DNA from: a virus
Taxonomy: Duplodnaviria > Caudoviricetes
Direction: 5' to 3' (one strand)
Virus record (IMG/VR): IMGVR_UViG_3300025154_000088
Span: 1,352-65,351 of that record
Length of the DNA: 64,000 nucleotides
Numbering within the stretch: position 1 is the stretch's first letter; every line of letters begins with the position of its first letter. Positions 46,430 to 56,888 of the stretch are shown piece by piece. The notes under the pieces are model-generated. The model saw only the letters and a program-made list of their open reading frames with translations, ran no database searches and had not been told where the DNA came from. The translations under genes were made by a program, and so were the position numbers.

Positions 46430-48487
46430 ATGCCTAACGAAATCGCAATCCCAGACGGCCAGACGGTATCCGAAAAAGATAGCGTTTGGCTTCAGCTTGC
46501 CCAACTGGCCTACGATCAGTCCACCAGTTTCATGGACAACAACTACCGGAAAAACTGGGAGAACGCCCTTCGTCATTTCTCAAATCGGCACCATGCAGGC
46601 TCGAAGTACAATTCCCCGGAGTACAGGTACAGGTCGAAGATTTTCCGGCCCAAGACCAGGGCGGCGATCAGGAGCAACGAAGCCGCCGCGGTAGCCGCTT
46701 TTTTCAGCAACCCCGATACCGTTTCAATCGAAAGCCAAAATCCGGACAACCCTGAACAGGTGGCAAGCGCAGAGATTACCAAGGAGCTCGTCAACTACAG
46801 GTTGGAAAATACAATCCCCTGGTTTCTGACCTGCATCGGGGGGATCCAAGACGCCATGAAACTGGGGGTGGTGGCTTCCTATCAGGACTGGGAATACGAG
46901 GAGAGAACAGATGCCCAGCAGATTCCCCAACAGGATCAGTTCGGAAACCCGATGGTAGACCCTGCGACCGGCGAGCCGATGATGGCGGAATCGGAAACCA
47001 TCACGATCCGCAGGGATCAACCAAGGATTCAGCTTCTTCCCATCGAAAACGTGAGGATTCACCCAGCCTCTTCATGGATCAATCCGGCACAGTCGAGTCC
47101 ATACCTTATCGTCCTATGGCCCATGTACGTTCAGGACGTGAAGGCCAAAATGCAGGGCGACGACCCAAAGACGGGGAAAAAGCCATGGTTCCAACTTTCG
47201 GATGATGAACTCAAGACGGGGAGAAAGTTCGTCTACGATTCAACTCGCTCCGTTCGAGAAGGCCAAAGGGAAGAGAAGTACGACCAGAACTCAGCCAAGC
47301 CCCTGAACGAATACGATATCGTTTGGGTCCATCAAAATTTTGTCCGGATCCAGGGCGAGGAAGTCGTTTATTTCACACTGGGGACCGAGCACCTTCTTTC
47401 CGAGCCTCAATTTCTCGAAGAAACCTGCCCGATAGGGGAAAGGCCGGTCGTCATCGGGTGCGCTCTGATCGAAACCCATAAACTCATGCCGGCTGGATAC
47501 GCGGAGTTGGGGAGCGAAACACAAAAGGAGATCAATGAAATAGCGAATTCTCGACTGGATAACGTAAAGCTCGTCATGTTGAAACGCTGGCAGATGAAAA
47601 GAGGCAAACAGGTTGACACCGGGTCCCTTCTTCGAAACGCAGCCGGATCTATCACCCTCGTCGACGACCACGACGACCTGAAAGAGATCGCATTCGAAGA
47701 CGTTACGCAGTCTTCCTACCAGGAGCAGGACCGCCTGAATGTGGATTTCGATGAGCTCCTTGGTTCGTTTTCAGCCTCTACAATCCAGACGAATCGAAAG
47801 CTCAATGAAACCGTGGGCGGCATGTCCATGCTCCGGGGTACGGCAAATTCCCTTTCAGAGTACACTCTCAAGACATACGGGGAAACGTGGGTTGAGCCTG
47901 TCATCAAGCAGCTCGTGAAACTGGAGCAGGCCTACGAGACTGACGAAACGGTCCTGACCATCGCGGCGACAAAAGCAAAACTTTGGCAGCGGTTCGGGAT
48001 CAACGAGATCACCGACAGGCTGATTCGGCAAAACCTTTCCGTCAAAGTGGATGCAGGGTCCGGTGCGACGGATCCAATGTTCAGGCTGGAGAAATTCCTT
48101 CTCGCAGTCGGGAAATATTCGGAGATTGAAGCCCGGCAGATTGAGATGATGGCCGCAGGCGGGCAGCCGACATTGAACCTTGAGGAGATACAGGCCGAAA
48201 TCTTCGGGCGCCTTGGCTACAAATCAGGAAAAAGGTTCTTCATCCCGAAGCAACAAGAAGACCCCCAGGCGGCGCAACTTGCACAGCAGATCCAAGAGAT
48301 GCAGGGCATGATTCAACAGCTCCAAGCGGCCCTGCAAGACAAAGAAGCCGACCGGCAGGCCAAACTCACAGACACCCAGATTCGAGAGCAGGGCCAGAAC
48401 CAGAGGAAAGCAGCGGAGCTCAATTCCCAGATGCTTTTGAAAACCATGGACCTGCGAAACCCGGTAGCCGGTGAAAAAAATGCCTGA
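46430..48487 (+). CDS. Portal protein
   Basis: 685 aa; size, position after TerL, NETVGGM motif and Q-rich C-terminal barrel typical of P22/N4-like portals. Confidence 0.85.
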   Translation: MPNEIAIPDGQTVSEKDSVWLQLAQLAYDQSTSFMDNNYRKNWENALRHFSNRHHAGSKYNSPEYRYRSKIFRPKTRAAIRSNEAAAVAAFFSNPDTVSIESQNPDNPEQVASAEITKELVNYRLENTIPWFLTCIGGIQDAMKLGVVASYQDWEYEERTDAQQIPQQDQFGNPMVDPATGEPMMAESETITIRRDQPRIQLLPIENVRIHPASSWINPAQSSPYLIVLWPMYVQDVKAKMQGDDPKTGKKPWFQLSDDELKTGRKFVYDSTRSVREGQREEKYDQNSAKPLNEYDIVWVHQNFVRIQGEEVVYFTLGTEHLLSEPQFLEETCPIGERPVVIGCALIETHKLMPAGYAELGSETQKEINEIANSRLDNVKLVMLKRWQMKRGKQVDTGSLLRNAAGSITLVDDHDDLKEIAFEDVTQSSYQEQDRLNVDFDELLGSFSASTIQTNRKLNETVGGMSMLRGTANSLSEYTLKTYGETWVEPVIKQLVKLEQAYETDETVLTIAATKAKLWQRFGINEITDRLIRQNLSVKVDAGSGATDPMFRLEKFLLAVGKYSEIEARQIEMMAAGGQPTLNLEEIQAEIFGRLGYKSGKRFFIPKQQEDPQAAQLAQQIQEMQGMIQQLQAALQDKEADRQAKLTDTQIREQGQNQRKAAELNSQMLLKTMDLRNPVAGEKNA

Positions 48488-48779
48488 ATATTCCCATGAA
48501 GACGCGGCCTTGTTTGCTGAAGCGATTCTCGGGAAAGACGCTGAGGAGTTTTTCAACTCCCAGATCGGGCGGTTTGTCCTGGCGAGATCGATGGAAGAAG
48601 TCGAAGACGCAAGGGAAGAGCTCGAAAAACCAGATACCGAAGACGACCCTGTTAAAATCAAGGCGCTTCTTCGGAAGATTCGAAGCGCGAAGGATGCAAT
48701 TTCTTGGTTAAACGAAGCCATTATGGCCGGGAATACGGCCGTTCAAATACTTGAGCAGCGAAGGGAAGAGGGAGAATAA
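48480..48779 (+). CDS. Hypothetical head-associated protein
   Basis: Small helical ORF between the portal and scaffold genes. Confidence 0.65.
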   Translation: MPEYSHEDAALFAEAILGKDAEEFFNSQIGRFVLARSMEEVEDAREELEKPDTEDDPVKIKALLRKIRSAKDAISWLNEAIMAGNTAVQILEQRREEGE

Positions 48780-48781
48780 AA

Positions 48782-49792
48782 ATGGAAAACGACGCTACCC
48801 AAAAGGGCGCGGAAGAAGTAACCCCGGAAGTCGAAGCCCCCAAAGTTCGTACCCTGGCAGAAATCAGGGCCGAACAGACGGAAGCCATTGCAGACCGGAG
48901 AGCGGCGGAAAAGGCTGAAGAAGATAAAGAGCCTGAAAAACAGACCGAGCCGGAACCAGAGAAGGTACAAGAGCCGGCGAAGCCCACCTTCCCCGAAAAG
49001 GTGAAGATCAAAGTGGACGGGACGGAACTGGAAGTCCCCGGGGAGGAAGTGTGGAACGCAGGAATCCAAGCCAAACAGAAATTAAGCGCGGCGGATCGTC
49101 GTCTACAAGAGGCCACCGAAGAGCTCCGGAAAGCCCGGGAAGAACGAGCCCGCGCTCAACTATTTAAGCCACCCGCGAAGGCGGACGCTGAAAAACCTCC
49201 TGAACCCGAAAAGAAAGAAGAAATCGACGACACCGACCTGGACGAACTCGCCCAGGCTTTTCAGTACGGGGAGAAGGAGGAGATCAAGAAAGCCCTGACC
49301 AAACTCAGGGAACCGGGACGGCAAACGCCCACCCTGGACGATTCGAAGATTGCGGAGTTGGTGGACAAACGGGTTGCAGAGAGAGAAGCGGAAGCCCTCA
49401 AAATCAAGAAGGCGGAGGACATCAGGCGGATCAACGATCAGTTTGACCTCCCACCCGATAAAGGCGGCTTCAAGGATCTTCTCGACGACCCGCAGGCGAA
49501 GGAACTCGTTTTGCGCGAGATCGATTTCCGGATTGCTGGCGGCTCCCGCGGAGATGTTTGGGAGACCTACGAGCAGGCCGGAAAGACCGTGCGGGAGTTT
49601 CTTGAAACTCGGAAGAATTTCGGAAAGCCGGCGGCAGTCACCGACCTTGCACAGCGCAGGGAACGGAAAAAGGCCATCGACACGATTACGCCGGCAGGTG
49701 GGCGGGAACCAGGCCCGACACCAGAACCCAAAAAACAGACCACGGCTGAAATCATCGCAGACATGCGTAAATCTCGACCGGGTCAAGGATAA
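48782..49792 (+). CDS. Capsid scaffolding protein
   Basis: E/K/P-rich, KIKVDGTELEV motif, directly upstream of the MCP. Confidence 0.75.
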   Translation: MENDATQKGAEEVTPEVEAPKVRTLAEIRAEQTEAIADRRAAEKAEEDKEPEKQTEPEPEKVQEPAKPTFPEKVKIKVDGTELEVPGEEVWNAGIQAKQKLSAADRRLQEATEELRKAREERARAQLFKPPAKADAEKPPEPEKKEEIDDTDLDELAQAFQYGEKEEIKKALTKLREPGRQTPTLDDSKIAELVDKRVAEREAEALKIKKAEDIRRINDQFDLPPDKGGFKDLLDDPQAKELVLREIDFRIAGGSRGDVWETYEQAGKTVREFLETRKNFGKPAAVTDLAQRRERKKAIDTITPAGGREPGPTPEPKKQTTAEIIADMRKSRPGQG

Positions 49793-49803
49793 GGAGATCA
49801 ACT

Positions 49804-51669
49804 ATGGCAGGGCAAGTGTGGGCTGTGGACAGCGTGGGCGGGTATATGTCCGCCGAAAATCTGTCCAAAAAGCTCCGCATGGCCGTTCAGCCTCAGGTGA
49901 AGTTTCGGCAGTTTTGCGATGTAAAGGATGCATCTCAGCAGGGGAAGAAAAAAGGAGATCAATTCCACTGGGACGTTTACCTGGACATCGCCACTCAGGG
50001 CACGACCGTCGCGGAGACAAACACGGTCCCGGAATCCAATTTTACCATCGTTCAGGGCACCCTCACCATCGATGAGGCGGCCCATGCGATTCCGTATTCC
50101 GGGAAACTCGACGACCTTTCCGAGCACCCCTTGACGGAGATCATCAATAAGGTGCTCAAAAACGACGCCAAGAAGTTTTTCGACATCTCGGCGCACGCTC
50201 AATTCGACACCTGTCTTCTGCGGGTCTACCCGACCGGCGGGACGGCAACCGACGCGGTAACGCTGGCGACCACCGGGACAGTCGGCGGGACCAGCACCAA
50301 GGCACTGAACACCGGGCATGTCAAGGCAATCGTGGACCTCATGAAAGAACGGAACATCGTTCCCTACACCGGGGATGATTATTACGCGATTTCCTGGCCG
50401 TCCACCTACCGGACCTTCAAGAACGCACTGGAGACAATTCACCAGTACACCGCCGAAGGCTTCGGGATGATCGCAACCGGTGAAATCGGTCGGTACGAAA
50501 ACTGCCGGTTCATCGAACAGACCCATGTGGCAAAGGCGGGCACCACCTACACGGATTGGTGCTTCTTCTTCGGTAAATTCTTTGCCGCTTGTTGCAGTAA
50601 TGCAGCAATGATAACCTCGTTAATTGCTGGAAAGCTAAAGGCATTCGTGCCCATGCCAATCAGCAGCCAAGCTCTGCCGAGTGTGGCATGAGAAGGTTCA
50701 ACGACTATCCCGAGAGGGAGTACATCGCAAGTGCGATGGAAAAGCGAGGCATCCGGAAACGGATGAAGATATAGTCTCATCTCATGGGAAACCATGAGCA
50801 GTCTTTTAAGACGGTGCAAACAGAGAATGGAATCAATCATTAAAGCCGATATGCAAAAATGCAAAGTGTACGCGCTTTCATCCAGTGAAAATGGAAGAAT
50901 CCGCTATATCGGCCAGACCATACAGTCACTAAGCAGGAGGCTTGCCCAACACATAGCAGACGCAAAAAGGTTTGCGGAGAGCAAAAGCTACCTGCACAGG
51001 TGGATTCGCAAAACATTGAGGAATGGGTACAACTTGCAAATCAACCTCATCGATAGTGATTGTGTGGTGGATTTATCTGAAGCCCAGTGGATTGCCTGTT
51101 TCAGAAAAACCACCCCGGATCTTGTAAATACCGAAGATGGCGGCAAGACCGGAAAATTAGGACACAAACTCTCTGATGAAACAAAAGCTAAAATGCGAGG
51201 CCCGAAGTCCGTTACCCATCGGGTAAATATCAGTAAAGGGCTTAGGGGAACGCATTCTGAAAAGAGGTCTTTGTCCCAGGTGGGGAATAGCAAATCGAAA
51301 GGCGAATCAAACAGGCACGCTGTTCTTACAGAAAATCAGGTGATTGAAATAAAGAGAGAACTTAAATCCGGTTGCGTTGGCTCCGAACTTGCCAGAAAGT
51401 ACGGGGTCCAGAAATCAGCAATCAGCAAGATAAATGTGGGAAGAAGTTGGAAACACATCCGGATATAAGGCTCTCCATGACGGGTTTGCACGAAGACCAT
51501 GGAAGACACAGTCGCAGAAGCAATTGCAGTACCCGAAGAAATGCGTGGAAAAATCCCCGGCGACTTCGGAAGATCCAAGGGGGTGGCGTGGTACTATCTC
51601 GGGGGCTTCGGCCTTGTTCATACCACTGTTGCCCAGGTCCGTGTCGTCAAATGGGAATCGTTGGCATAA
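49804..51669 (+). CDS. Major capsid protein (N4-gp56-like), spliced: join(49804..50574, 51502..51669), 312 aa
   Basis: Exon 1 ends ...GEIGRYENCRFIE...DWCFFFG; exon 2 continues in frame EDTVAEAIAVPEEMRGKIPGDFGRSKGVAWYYLGGFGLV...*. Confidence 0.9.
50575..51501 (+). ncRNA. Group I self-splicing intron (927 nt)
   Basis: 5' splice site after U (CGGT|AAA) with P1 U.G pair to GCCG. Core elements P AATTGCTGGAAA, Q AATCAGCAGCC, R TTCAACGACTA, S AAGATATAGTC; P3 CCTCGT/GCGAGG, P7 GACTA/TAGTC, P8 and P9 GAAA hairpins; terminal G at 51501. Confidence 0.93.
50794..51468 (+). CDS. Intron-encoded GIY-YIG homing endonuclease (NUMOD3-like and HTH tail)
   Basis: KVYAL...RYIGQT...RRLAQH...E...LVN; GHKLSDETKAKM; LTENQVIEIK...LARKYGV. 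The start could instead be 50827 or 50851. Confidence 0.85.
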   Translation: MSSLLRRCKQRMESIIKADMQKCKVYALSSSENGRIRYIGQTIQSLSRRLAQHIADAKRFAESKSYLHRWIRKTLRNGYNLQINLIDSDCVVDLSEAQWIACFRKTTPDLVNTEDGGKTGKLGHKLSDETKAKMRGPKSVTHRVNISKGLRGTHSEKRSLSQVGNSKSKGESNRHAVLTENQVIEIKRELKSGCVGSELARKYGVQKSAISKINVGRSWKHIRI

Positions 51670-51682
51670 GGGAGGCTAAACC

Positions 51683-52231
51683 ATGAGTTTCTATTCCGAC
51701 GGAAAATTCGGGCAGAGGAATCGGAAATGGTTTGGCCTCGGAGCGAAATGGGGCGGGGAGATGTCTCCCTATATGTACTCCAGCTTCGCAACGCTGACCA
51801 TTTCCGAAAAGGGAGTCAAGGCGGGCGGATTCTTCCTTGGCACCCACGACCCGGGGACACTGACCCATGTGGAAAAGTGGTATCCCCCTGGACCGATCAG
51901 CATCAAAAAGATCGGTGTTTTCGTGTGCTCCACCCTCGTCAACGCTTCGGGTGCGGGAATGAACTTCCAGTTCCTGACCCGGGGGGCTTCGGCATCGGTC
52001 ATCGGGACCGTGAAGATGGCATCCTGTACCGTGGCGGAAGCGGCCAAGGCGAGCAAGAGCAGCCTGACCGTCACCCAGTGCAAAGCGGGCGAGTACATCA
52101 CCATCAAGTCCTTCGAGCCGACGACCTTTAGCGCCACGGCCTCGGAGAAAAAGGCGACCACCACCGGGCGGGCCGCATTCTTCATCGACTGGGTTCCGAA
52201 GTTCGACATCGATGGAAGATGGGACGATTAA
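51683..52231 (+). CDS. Probable capsid decoration / minor head protein
   Basis: Directly after the MCP with strong RBS GGGAGG; S/T/A/G-rich. Confidence 0.55.
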   Translation: MSFYSDGKFGQRNRKWFGLGAKWGGEMSPYMYSSFATLTISEKGVKAGGFFLGTHDPGTLTHVEKWYPPGPISIKKIGVFVCSTLVNASGAGMNFQFLTRGASASVIGTVKMASCTVAEAAKASKSSLTVTQCKAGEYITIKSFEPTTFSATASEKKATTTGRAAFFIDWVPKFDIDGRWDD

Positions 52232-52256
52232 CCTGACGGGAAACCGTCGCTACCAG

Positions 52257-52290
52257 GGCCGGGGGTTCGTGCAGGCCCCCGGCCTCTTCT
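52257..52290 (+). terminator. GC-rich hairpin after the head genes (weak U-tract)
   Basis: GGCCGGGGGT...GCCCCCGGCC then TCTTCT. Confidence 0.55.
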
Positions 52291-52307
52291 GGCAATGAAA
52301 GGGGAAA

Positions 52308-52502
52308 ATGAAATCCAAGAACAACATTTTCGACCGGCCAAAAGGCCTTCCGCGTGATTTCCAAGAAGAGATCTATGCAGCGTGTAAGCCAATTTGCGAC
52401 AAGTATCTTTCGATGAACAAGCCTCATATTTCTAAGGGCAGGCTTAGGACTCTTGCGGAAGAGGCGATTATGAAAGCCCTTTTCATGAAGGATGCTGAAT
52501 AA
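52308..52502 (+). CDS. Hypothetical protein
   Basis: 64 aa, RBS AGGGG. Confidence 0.5.
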   Translation: MKSKNNIFDRPKGLPRDFQEEIYAACKPICDKYLSMNKPHISKGRLRTLAEEAIMKALFMKDAE

Positions 52503-52631
52503 TGCTACTCGACACCAGATTCAAGATCTCCGTCCTCAAGGCCCTCGGGATGATCCTTTGGTGGGTGGCATTCAAGATGGACAAACTTCACTCAGGCTCT
52601 TACCTCACAACCGTAAAGGAGATAGACGACC

Positions 52632-53723
52632 TTGCGAACGAACTCAAGAGCACAAGCTCTTAAACTCGGCTTCGTGGCGGGCCATTGCTGCATTCGTGTG
52701 CAGAAAATGGCAATCCCGTTGATGGAGCATTGCGGGCATACGGTCTATCTGTGCAGCCAGAAACTACCCTCCATGGCGCACAGTTACGACATGTTTTGCC
52801 AGGCGTTTTCCATTCATCAGCTTCGGAACTGGATCCGGATTGTCGACCACGCTGTAGACCTCTACCACGTTCATAACGAACCGAGTTGGTTTGTAACAGC
52901 CATCAAGGAAGTATCCGACAAGCCGGTCATCCTCGACGTTCACGACTCCTTCCTTGCCCGGGTGACTCCAGAGGAGCACGACAAACACATTGCGGACGGT
53001 AAAAACGTCATCCGGATCACCCCGGAGGAAAGAAACAATTTCCAGCTTGCAGACGGGCTTGTCTTCCCGGCGAGGCCCTTTGCCGACCTTATCATTTCGG
53101 AATACGGGCTGAAACAGCCGCACTGCATCCTTCCGAGCTACCTCCCCCACAACCTCCACGGATACCAGCAGAACAAGGACTGGTACGGGGGTCTGGTCTA
53201 CGAGGGCCGGGTGGATCTTCCGGAAAAGATCCAAGAGGAATTCGAGCATTCGGCAGGGTTTACCTACACCGATTATTCCGACCTCGCCCGGCAATGCAAA
53301 GACATCGGAATCGATTTCCACATCTACGCCAGGGGGGATGAGGCTTTCCTCAAGGTCTACAAGGATATCGCCGTACCTCACAAGCCCGAGGCCTTCAACG
53401 TCCTGATCGAAAAGCTTTCCAGGCATGACTGGGGGCTGGTGGGAAACTCTTTCCATACCCCGGAATGGGAAGTCGCCCTTCCCAACAAACTCTGGGAATA
53501 TGTCGCCGCGGGGACTCCGGTAGTCTCGATCAACGCCAAGCATTCATCGGAGGTCATCGAAGAACACGGGATAGGGATTACGGTCAACTCCATACAGGAA
53601 CTGGCCGACAGGTGGGCAGAGCATACCGAGATCCGGAAGCACCTCTTGAAGGTTCGTGGGAAGTTCACCATGGAAAATAACATCCATGTCCTTGAAGACC
53701 TTTACCGGGAGGTGCTCCAATGA
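52632..53723 (+). CDS. Glycosyltransferase (GT-B, GT4-like)
   Basis: DLYHVHN, VILDVHD, LPNKLWEYVAAGTPVV. Confidence 0.8.
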   Translation: MRTNSRAQALKLGFVAGHCCIRVQKMAIPLMEHCGHTVYLCSQKLPSMAHSYDMFCQAFSIHQLRNWIRIVDHAVDLYHVHNEPSWFVTAIKEVSDKPVILDVHDSFLARVTPEEHDKHIADGKNVIRITPEERNNFQLADGLVFPARPFADLIISEYGLKQPHCILPSYLPHNLHGYQQNKDWYGGLVYEGRVDLPEKIQEEFEHSAGFTYTDYSDLARQCKDIGIDFHIYARGDEAFLKVYKDIAVPHKPEAFNVLIEKLSRHDWGLVGNSFHTPEWEVALPNKLWEYVAAGTPVVSINAKHSSEVIEEHGIGITVNSIQELADRWAEHTEIRKHLLKVRGKFTMENNIHVLEDLYREVLQ

Positions 53724-54331
53724 CCCCCGAAGAAAACGCCTATTGGGACATGGTGGCCGACACGGCCGTAAGGGGTGAAGTGGATGTCAATTACTGGAAG
53801 ATCGCCCAGATCGTGCGGAGAGTTCTCAAGTACGACCTTTGGGGGTCTACCGTAATCGAGATTGGGGCCGGCATACCGTTTGTCGCCATGAATCTTTTGA
53901 ACATGGTGAAATTCCAATATAACGGCCTTGAGCCTTCAGCGAGATTCAGGGACGCAGCCGTGTCGATGTTGGGGATACAACTCAAAGCGGCTTCCGCATA
54001 CGCATTGCAATGCCGAAGCCAGTCCGCCGATTTCTTTTTCGCCTTTGACGTTCTGGAGCATGTTTCACGAGACGACCGAGATCGGTCCTACCAGGAAATC
54101 GGAAGGGTGCTCAAGCCCGGAGGGCTGATGCTCATCCACAATCCATGCGAAGGAAACTACCAGGGCCACAAGAAGAAATTCGAACCGGGATTCAGCCTTC
54201 AAGACCTTCAGCTTCTGATCGATACTGCCGGCATGAAGCTGGCAGAGATCGAGGTTTACGCCATCACCCTTCCGACCAAAAACGGTCCCGATATCAGGGA
54301 ATACCAATGGATAACGCTGGTCAAAAAATGA
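53720..54331 (+). CDS. Class I SAM-dependent methyltransferase
   Basis: VIEIGAG, FAFDVLEHV, EIGRVLKPGG. Confidence 0.85.
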   Translation: MTPEENAYWDMVADTAVRGEVDVNYWKIAQIVRRVLKYDLWGSTVIEIGAGIPFVAMNLLNMVKFQYNGLEPSARFRDAAVSMLGIQLKAASAYALQCRSQSADFFFAFDVLEHVSRDDRDRSYQEIGRVLKPGGLMLIHNPCEGNYQGHKKKFEPGFSLQDLQLLIDTAGMKLAEIEVYAITLPTKNGPDIREYQWITLVKK

Positions 54332-56040
54332 AAGGAGAAGCTGTGAACATCAAAGAATATTGGGATCATGAATGGTCCCGTCGCATCGTCGAAGGCGGTG
54401 TGCTGATGAACAAAGAGAAATTCAAATACCTTGTCAAGCAGCTTTGGAAAAGGCCGTATCTGATTCCGCTTCGAAAGCTGGAGGTCGGGTGCGGGTCCGG
54501 GGTACATATCAGGGAGCTTTCTTCGCTGTGTAAAGAGTGGTCAGGAAATTATACTGGTTTCGATCTGTCCGAAACAGCCGTAAAATTTGCGAAAAGACAG
54601 GGGCTGAACGTATGGCACGGCGACATTACCGGAGATAGAAAAATAAGCCAGTCTCCATACGCCCCGGTGGGTCCGTTTCAGCTTTTCCTCTTCCTGGATG
54701 TCCTCGAACACATGACCGACCACCAAGCGGTCGCCGCGAAGGTCCGAGAACTTGCCGACCCGGAAGGCTTCATCATCTTCGGCAACGTCCCCCTTTACCG
54801 TTCGAAACATGAGACGGAAGGCGGATTCGAGCGGGAGATGGACATCCATGTTCTTCGGAAGTTCATGGAGGCCTGCGGAATCGAAAAGTTCGATCACCAC
54901 GTTTACGGGATCGACGGCTGGCCGTACATGATCTTTGAGGGAGGCGTGGAGCGCGGGGCTGCAAGAAAGACCGAAGAGACCACGGAGATCAAGGTAACGA
55001 AAGAAGAAGCGGCTATCATCAACAGGCCGGTACATTCCGGTCAAACATGGGCGCCTACCCCAGGGGGCGGCTTCAAGCAATACCTGGAAACCTGGAAAAA
55101 AACTCATCCATCCAAAAAAGCCCTTCGCGTTTTGATCCGGACCCCCTGGGAGAATTCGTGGATTCCGCTTTACGAGAAGGTTTTTTTGGAGCGTGGGCAC
55201 CAATACGCATGGCAGCGAAAAGATTCAAATTTGGTATTGCTTGAAGATGGTAGGGCCGCAGAGCCTCCTCATATTGTTCTCCACATGTGGGCAAACGACC
55301 CCGGGGCTCTTGACTATTACCCGGACGCGAAGCAAATCGTCTTCATGCGCAGGTACGAATTCTTCGAAGGCCACTGGCTCAATTACCAGTGGGACCGAGT
55401 ATCCCATCTCATCTTCTGCAACGACTGGATCAAGGAGCAGACCGAACAAATCGCCAAGGATCGGGGGATCAAACTTCCGCCGACGCACCTGATTTACAAT
55501 GCCGTCGATCTCGATAAATGGACGTTCAAGGAGCGGGGCCCCGGGAACAAAATCGGCATGGCCTGCCACGTTCACCCGAAGAAGAATCTCCCCCTTGCGC
55601 TCCAGATCCTTGCGGCCCTCCCCCGGGAATACGAGCTCCACATCGCCGGAGCAATTCAGGACGATGCGACGGCCTACTACATTCAGCATGTCGGGAAGGC
55701 TTTGGGGCTGAAGGTCAAGCTGCACGGCCACATCCCCCACAGCCAGATGGATCAATGGTGGGAAGACAAGAACTACTGCCTTTCGACATCGATTTCCGAG
55801 GGGAATCCGAACAATGTGATCGAGGCCATGGCGAAAGGGATACAGCCCATCGTTCACAACTGGCCGGATGCTGCCCCTCAATTCAAAGGCGAAGGCGTAT
55901 TCGACAAGGTTTCAAAGGCAGCGACCTACATCATCAATGTGCATTATGATTCATCTCTTTACCGTAAAATTGTTGAAGATCATTTCAGCCTCGACAACTA
56001 CCGCCAAGTCGTAAGCCTGTGCGAGAAGGTGTGCGGATGA
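54328..56040 (+). CDS. Methyltransferase + GT4 glycosyltransferase fusion
   Basis: N-terminal LEVGCGSG / FLDVLEH; C-terminal IYNAVDL, HPKKN, STSISEGNPNNVIEAMAKG (E-x7-E). Confidence 0.85.
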   Translation: MKGEAVNIKEYWDHEWSRRIVEGGVLMNKEKFKYLVKQLWKRPYLIPLRKLEVGCGSGVHIRELSSLCKEWSGNYTGFDLSETAVKFAKRQGLNVWHGDITGDRKISQSPYAPVGPFQLFLFLDVLEHMTDHQAVAAKVRELADPEGFIIFGNVPLYRSKHETEGGFEREMDIHVLRKFMEACGIEKFDHHVYGIDGWPYMIFEGGVERGAARKTEETTEIKVTKEEAAIINRPVHSGQTWAPTPGGGFKQYLETWKKTHPSKKALRVLIRTPWENSWIPLYEKVFLERGHQYAWQRKDSNLVLLEDGRAAEPPHIVLHMWANDPGALDYYPDAKQIVFMRRYEFFEGHWLNYQWDRVSHLIFCNDWIKEQTEQIAKDRGIKLPPTHLIYNAVDLDKWTFKERGPGNKIGMACHVHPKKNLPLALQILAALPREYELHIAGAIQDDATAYYIQHVGKALGLKVKLHGHIPHSQMDQWWEDKNYCLSTSISEGNPNNVIEAMAKGIQPIVHNWPDAAPQFKGEGVFDKVSKAATYIINVHYDSSLYRKIVEDHFSLDNYRQVVSLCEKVCG

Positions 56041-56888
56041 ACTTCGCCCTCATCGGTGCAGCCGGCTTCGTAGCCCCCAGGCACATGAAGGCCATCAAAG
56101 ACATCGGCGGGAACCTTGTCGCAGCCCTGGATCCTCATGACGCGGTTGGGGTGATCGATTCCTATTTCCCCGAGTGCGATTTTTTCACCGAGTTCGAACG
56201 ATTCGACCGGCACTGTGACAAGCTTCGCCGGCAGGGCAAGGGCATCGACTTCGTTTCCATCGCGTCACCGAACTACCTTCACGATTCCCAAGCCAGATGG
56301 GCGCTCCGGATGGGGGCCGACGCCATTTGCGAAAAGCCCATCGTGTTGAACGAGCGCAACCTCGACGGCCTTCTTGAAATCGAGCGGGAGACCGACCGGA
56401 AAGTCTGGGCAGTGCTTCAATGCCGGCTTCATCCGTCAGTATCAGGTATCCCAGGGGGATGGAATATCCCCCACATGCCAAATATCGACATCGAATATTC
56501 GACTCCCCGCGGCAATTGGTATCGCCATTCCTGGAAAGGGGATGAAAAGAAGTCCGGGGGAATCGCAACCAACATCGGGGTTCACCTTTTCGATCTTTGT
56601 GCCTGGCTTTTCGGGAAAATGGAGAACGTGGTTTCTATCCGTCAGTCCGAAGACACCATCAAAGGCATTCTCCGGCTTCGCACGTCCGAGGTGTCCTGGC
56701 GGCTGAGTATCGACAAGGCAGAGCGACCGAAGCGGATCTTCAGAATCAACGGAACCGACTACGACCTGACCAACGGGTTTACCGATCTTCACACGGAAGT
56801 CTACCGGAGGATCATCGAAGGAAAAGGCTTCGGAATTGAGGACGCCCGGGAAGCCATCCGAATCTGTGAGGCTATACGCAATGCCTGA
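56037..56888 (+). CDS. wbpB: WbpB/WlbA-like UDP-GlcNAcA 3-dehydrogenase (Gfo/Idh/MocA)
   Basis: [16 protein letters not shown]...IDSYFP...[11 protein letters not shown]...SPNYLHD...ICEKP...[19 protein letters not shown]...GFTDLH. Confidence 0.88.
   Translation: MNFALIGAAGFVAPRHMKAIKDIGGNLVAALDPHDAVGVIDSYFPECDFFTEFERFDRHCDKLRRQGKGIDFVSIASPNYLHDSQARWALRMGADAICEKPIVLNERNLDGLLEIERETDRKVWAVLQCRLHPSVSGIPGGWNIPHMPNIDIEYSTPRGNWYRHSWKGDEKKSGGIATNIGVHLFDLCAWLFGKMENVVSIRQSEDTIKGILRLRTSEVSWRLSIDKAERPKRIFRINGTDYDLTNGFTDLHTEVYRRIIEGKGFGIEDAREAIRICEAIRNA

Noticed and set aside
49804-50691. 295-aa ORF as the full major capsid protein
   Set aside because: Its last 38 codons are intron sequence; the real C-terminus is at 51502-51669.
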